64,000 bases of DNA, from positions 1,664,001 through 1,728,000 of the forward strand of contig OZ245777.1 in the NCBI GenBank assembly GCA_965227775.1, written 5' to 3'. Below the pieces are notes generated by a model that saw only the letters and a program-made list of their open reading frames with translations, searched no databases and was not told where the DNA came from. A program made the translations under genes and the position numbers. This document shows positions 60,381 to 64,000 of this stretch, one piece after another (within the stretch, counting starts at the first letter, position 1; the number at the start of each line of letters is the position of its first letter). The stretch comes from Phycisphaerales bacterium. Lineage in GTDB: Bacteria; Planctomycetota; Phycisphaerae; Phycisphaerales; UBA1924.

Positions 60381-61811
60381 CTAGCTTTCGACCTTGAAGG
60401 CCTTGAGCGCGCGCTCGCGTGCCTCGTGGTGGTCGACGACGCGCTCGGGGTAGCCGGTATCGTCCAGCAGCCCTTCGCTCTCCCATGGTGTATGGATGTC
60501 GTCTCCCTTGACGCCCGAGAGCTCATCGACGAACCTGCGGATGTACTCGCCATCGGGGTCGAACTTCTTGCTCTGGCTGATCGGGTTGAAGATGCGGAAG
60601 TAGGGTGCCGCATCGGTGCCGGTCGCCGCCGACCACTGCCAGCCGCCGTTGTTGCTCGCCAGGTCGCCGTCGACGAGGTGCTGCATGAAGTACCGCTCTC
60701 CCCAGCGCCAGTCGATGAGCAGGTCCTTGGAGAGGAACATGGCGACGGCCATGCGCGAGCGGTTGTGCATCCAGCCGGTCTGGTTGAGCTGGCGCATGGC
60801 GGCGTCCACGATCGGGTAGCCCGTCTTTCCCTGGCACCAAGCCGAGAACTGACCCTTGGCTTCGTCGTCGTCTCGCCAGGCGATATCGTACTTGGCGTTG
60901 AACGCTCGGTGCCGGCAGACCCGCGGGAAGGCGACGAGGATCTGGCGGTAGAACTCTCGCCAGATGACCTCGCTCATCCAGTGCACGGCGCCCTTGCTGC
61001 CGCCATCGATCTTGCCGTTGTTCGCGTCGAGGGCGGCTTCGATGCACTGTCGGGGCGAGATGGCGCCGATTGCGAGGTACGGGCTGATGGTGCTCGTGCC
61101 GTTGATGGCCGGGTAATCTCGTTCTTCCTTGTAGGGGTCGAGACGACCCTCGATGAAGCTGCGTAGGCGCGAGAGCGCGTGGTCCTCGCCGGCCTTCCAG
61201 AGATCGGGCCGGCCGCCGTCGGGGTCGAAATCGCCGAACTTGTCGGGCACGGCGTCGGGCGACGAGACCATCTCGGGCTGCTTCTTGGCGAGGCCCTGGG
61301 CCTTGGGCACCAGCCCGTCCTTGAAGTGCTGGTACCACTTTCTCTTAAAGGGCGAGTAAACGGTGTATGGCTTGTCTTCCTTCGTGCGCAGCTCCCCGGG
61401 CGGCACGCAGTTCTGGTCGTGGAAGCTGCGGACCGAGAGCCCGGCTCTTGCAAATGCGGCGGCAACGGTCGCGTCGCGGTTCCGCTCGTTGACCTCGTAC
61501 TCCTCATTGAAGAAGAGCGCGGTGCAGTGGTGCTCCTTGGCAAGCTTCAGCAGATCCTTCTCAATGCCCTCGAACGTGTCTCGCTCGATGAACTTGAGTG
61601 CGATATTGCGAGACTTGAGCCCGTCGCTCAGCTCTTCGAGGCCGCGGCGCAAGAAGTCGACCTTCATGTCGCCCCAGTCATGCTCGTGCCACTGCTTCGG
61701 GCAAATCGTGAACACAGCCAGCACGCCCTGAGAGGCGGCCGTGCAGGCAGCGCTGAGGGCCGAGTTGTCGCGGGTTCGCAGGTCTGCGCGGAACCACATC
61801 AGGGGTCGCAT
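60381..61811 (-). CDS. phr: CPD DNA photolyase
   Basis: WFRADLRTRDN.AL, TS.ISPYL..G.ISPRQ, WREFY, G.TGYPIVDAAMRQL..TGWMHNR.RM, NNGGWQW, PYFRIFNP. Confidence 0.95.
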   Translation of the reverse strand: MRPLMWFRADLRTRDNSALSAACTAASQGVLAVFTICPKQWHEHDWGDMKVDFLRRGLEELSDGLKSRNIALKFIERDTFEGIEKDLLKLAKEHHCTALFFNEEYEVNERNRDATVAAAFARAGLSVRSFHDQNCVPPGELRTKEDKPYTVYSPFKRKWYQHFKDGLVPKAQGLAKKQPEMVSSPDAVPDKFGDFDPDGGRPDLWKAGEDHALSRLRSFIEGRLDPYKEERDYPAINGTSTISPYLAIGAISPRQCIEAALDANNGKIDGGSKGAVHWMSEVIWREFYRQILVAFPRVCRHRAFNAKYDIAWRDDDEAKGQFSAWCQGKTGYPIVDAAMRQLNQTGWMHNRSRMAVAMFLSKDLLIDWRWGERYFMQHLVDGDLASNNGGWQWSAATGTDAAPYFRIFNPISQSKKFDPDGEYIRRFVDELSGVKGDDIHTPWESEGLLDDTGYPERVVDHHEARERALKAFKVES

Positions 61812-61821
61812 GGGGCGGGCC

Positions 61822-63444
61822 TCACTTCTCGATATCGCCGATGCCGAGCTTCTTGCGCATGGAGGTGGCGCTGACTCGGATGGAAATCTTCTCTTCCTTG
61901 GACATGTTCTTGACGCTCTTCATGATGAGGGCCATGCGATTGTTGCCGGCGAATCGGTCTTCGTTGCGAATGAGGAAGTCCCAGTAGAACGTGTTGAACG
62001 GGCATGCTGGGCCCCTGTCGGTCTCGCCCGTGCGTGCCTTGTTGTCGTAGGGGCACTTTTTGCAGAAGTTGGACATCTTGTTGATGTAGTTCGCGCTGCC
62101 CGCGTATGGCTTGGTCGCCACGACGGGGCCGCCGTCCTCGGTGCCGTCGGCGTACATCGCCATGCCGATGGTGTTGGGCGTGGTGGCCCAATCGACGCTG
62201 TCGGCGTACATGCCGAAGTACCAGTCGCCGATCTTGCGCGGGTGCACGCCCGCGATAAGGGCAAAGTTTCCGGTGACCATCAACCGCGGGATGTGGTGCA
62301 TCCAGGCGTAGTCGAGCACGGGGTCGATGCACTCCTTCATGCAGCGCATGTCGGTATCGCCGGTCCAATAGAAGTCTGGTAGGTCGCCGTGCTGATCGAG
62401 GTAGTTCCGGTCGCGATACCCGGGGCCCTCACGCCAGTAGACGCCGCGGATGTACTCGCGCCAGCCGATGAGCTGTCGAACGAAGCCCTCGACGGAGTTG
62501 ATCGGCGCGTTGCCCTTCTCGAAGGCCTTGATGGCCGCGTCGATGCACTTGGTTGGGTCGAGCAGCTTCAGGTTCAGCGGCACGCTGAGATGGCTGTGGT
62601 AGAGCCAGGGCTGGCCGGTCCACATCGCGTCCTCGTACGGCCCGAACTCGCGCAGACGGTACTTGATGAAGTGATCGAGCGATTTCTTGGCGTCCGAGCC
62701 GGTGACGGGCCAGCCGAAGTCGTCGAGGTTGCCCGGGGCGTCTGGGTAGCGCTTCGTGACGAGTTCGATGACTTCCTTCGTGACATCATCGGGGTCGAAC
62801 CGCAGCGGCGGGGGCGAATCCGGCCCGCCCTTCTTGAACGACTCGCGGTTGTCGTGGTCGTAGTTCCACTGGTCGCCTTCCGGCTTGCCGTCGCCGTCGA
62901 CGAGGATGCCAAGCGCCCTGCGTCGCTCGCGATAGAAGTACTCCATCGTGAGGTCCTTGCGGCCGTCGGCCCATTCGTTGAACTCGTCGAGCGTGCAGGT
63001 GAAGTGCGTGTCGTCGAGTATTTCGGTCTCGACATTGGTGGCGTCCTTCCAGCCCTGGGCTTCCTGGTAGACGCGCCAGTCGCCGGGGTGGACGACGATG
63101 ATGCGGTCTGGCTTGAGGGCCTTGGCAGCGCGTTTCACTTCGCCCGTGAGGCTGTGCGTGTTGCCTCGCTGGTCGACCGGGGTGTAGCGGACGCGGTAGT
63201 CCTTGTCGCGAAGCTCGAGGGCGAAGTGGCGCATGGCCGAGAAGAACAGGGCCGTCCGCTGGCGGTGGCTGGGGCCGAGCGAGGCTTCCTCGTCGACCTC
63301 CATCATGAGCACGGCGTCGGCCTTCTTGTCGAGCCGCCGAAGAGCCGGGCCGCGCGGGTCGAGTTGGTCACCCAGAATGACCGCGAGCGTGCCGACCGAG
63401 CCGCTGACGTCGCTTGGCTGCATGTCGAAGGCAGATCTTGCCAT
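61822..63444 (-). CDS. FeS-cluster bacterial cryptochrome / (6-4) photolyase (FeS-BCP)
   Basis: ILGDQL, MEYFYR..R, WNYD.DNR, FG.YEDAM, EGFVRQLIGWREY, HHI.RLM, KPY..SANYINKMS.FC..C, ACPF. Confidence 0.93.
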   Translation of the reverse strand: MARSAFDMQPSDVSGSVGTLAVILGDQLDPRGPALRRLDKKADAVLMMEVDEEASLGPSHRQRTALFFSAMRHFALELRDKDYRVRYTPVDQRGNTHSLTGEVKRAAKALKPDRIIVVHPGDWRVYQEAQGWKDATNVETEILDDTHFTCTLDEFNEWADGRKDLTMEYFYRERRRALGILVDGDGKPEGDQWNYDHDNRESFKKGGPDSPPPLRFDPDDVTKEVIELVTKRYPDAPGNLDDFGWPVTGSDAKKSLDHFIKYRLREFGPYEDAMWTGQPWLYHSHLSVPLNLKLLDPTKCIDAAIKAFEKGNAPINSVEGFVRQLIGWREYIRGVYWREGPGYRDRNYLDQHGDLPDFYWTGDTDMRCMKECIDPVLDYAWMHHIPRLMVTGNFALIAGVHPRKIGDWYFGMYADSVDWATTPNTIGMAMYADGTEDGGPVVATKPYAGSANYINKMSNFCKKCPYDNKARTGETDRGPACPFNTFYWDFLIRNEDRFAGNNRMALIMKSVKNMSKEEKISIRVSATSMRKKLGIGDIEK

Positions 63445-63561
63445 GGCGTGAGGCTACCGGTGAGGTGGTCGCACCGTGATTGCCCCATCGAGGAAATCGG
63501 GCAAGCAGCCGCGTGCCCCGGGCGAGCCCGTATCGGCACCGGGGAGGCCATATGCTGGGCT

Positions 63562-64000
63562 ATGGATGCTGCAACGCCACCGGAGAAGCCCGAGTTGGCC
63601 ATTTCGGCCTCGCGACATCTCATCGACTGGATGGCGTCGCGGGCCGTCAGCCTGGGCCTGAGCACGTACCAGGCCGGCAAGCTGTTCCTGGTGGGTGTGC
63701 AGCCCAATGGCCGGCTGAGCGTCTACGAGCGGACGTTCAACCGCTGCATGGGGCTGCATGCCTCGGCCGACGGCCAGACGCTTTGGATGGCCTCGCTCTA
63801 CCAGCTCTGGCGGCTGGAGAATTACGTGCCCACGGGCCAGGCTACGTCCGATGGCTACGACGCGCTCTACGTGCCCACGCTGGGGCATACGACGGGTGAC
63901 GTTGACGTGCACGACATTGTGGTGCCCCAAGGGCAGGCGCCGGTGTTCTGCGTCACTGCGTTCAACTGCATCGCGACGGTGAGCCACACGCACAGCTTCA
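63562..64000 (+). CDS. TIGR03032 (DUF4915)-like protein, 3'-partial
   Basis: Not in the ORF track because it has no stop in the window. MDAATPPEK...SLGLSTYQAGKLFLVG...LSVYERTFNRCMGL...YQLWRLEN...YDALYVP....TGDVDVHD. Confidence 0.85.
   Translation, partial: MDAATPPEKPELAISASRHLIDWMASRAVSLGLSTYQAGKLFLVGVQPNGRLSVYERTFNRCMGLHASADGQTLWMASLYQLWRLENYVPTGQATSDGYDALYVPTLGHTTGDVDVHDIVVPQGQAPVFCVTAFNCIATVSHTHSF

Overview
High-GC core chromosomal segment of a planctomycete, most likely Phycisphaerales. Evidence: the 16S carries the Planctomycetota-type GGAGGCTGCAG site, and the window has GC-type dockerin proteins and AFTLIELL pilin-like proteins. About 53 CDS are present, mostly housekeeping (rnpA, yidD, mutS, cdsA, rpmA, dnaA, rpmB, mcsA/mcsB, rsfS, aroB, clpX, dnaG-rpoD, Uup-like ABC-F, hutI/hutG, transaldolase, two photolyases). 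There is also a tRNA-Lys(UUU), a stand-alone 16S rRNA gene with its own promoter and terminator, and a DnaA-box cluster upstream of dnaA. I saw no integrase, transposase, prophage or CRISPR array. The best candidate for an undescribed system is a ParA/Soj ATPase fused to an AMPK-beta/CBM48-like glycogen-binding domain, followed by an apparently ATPase-dead FlhG-like protein; this could be a glucan-granule positioning module. Next are two exported proteins sharing a 54-aa Cys-bounded dockerin module, C-terminal in one and N-terminal in the other. Smaller oddities: lost Zn ligands, an Asp-to-Asn change in HutI, a 16S C1496U variant and a highly structured pilin 5' leader. All calls come from motif recognition by eye; no database searches were run.
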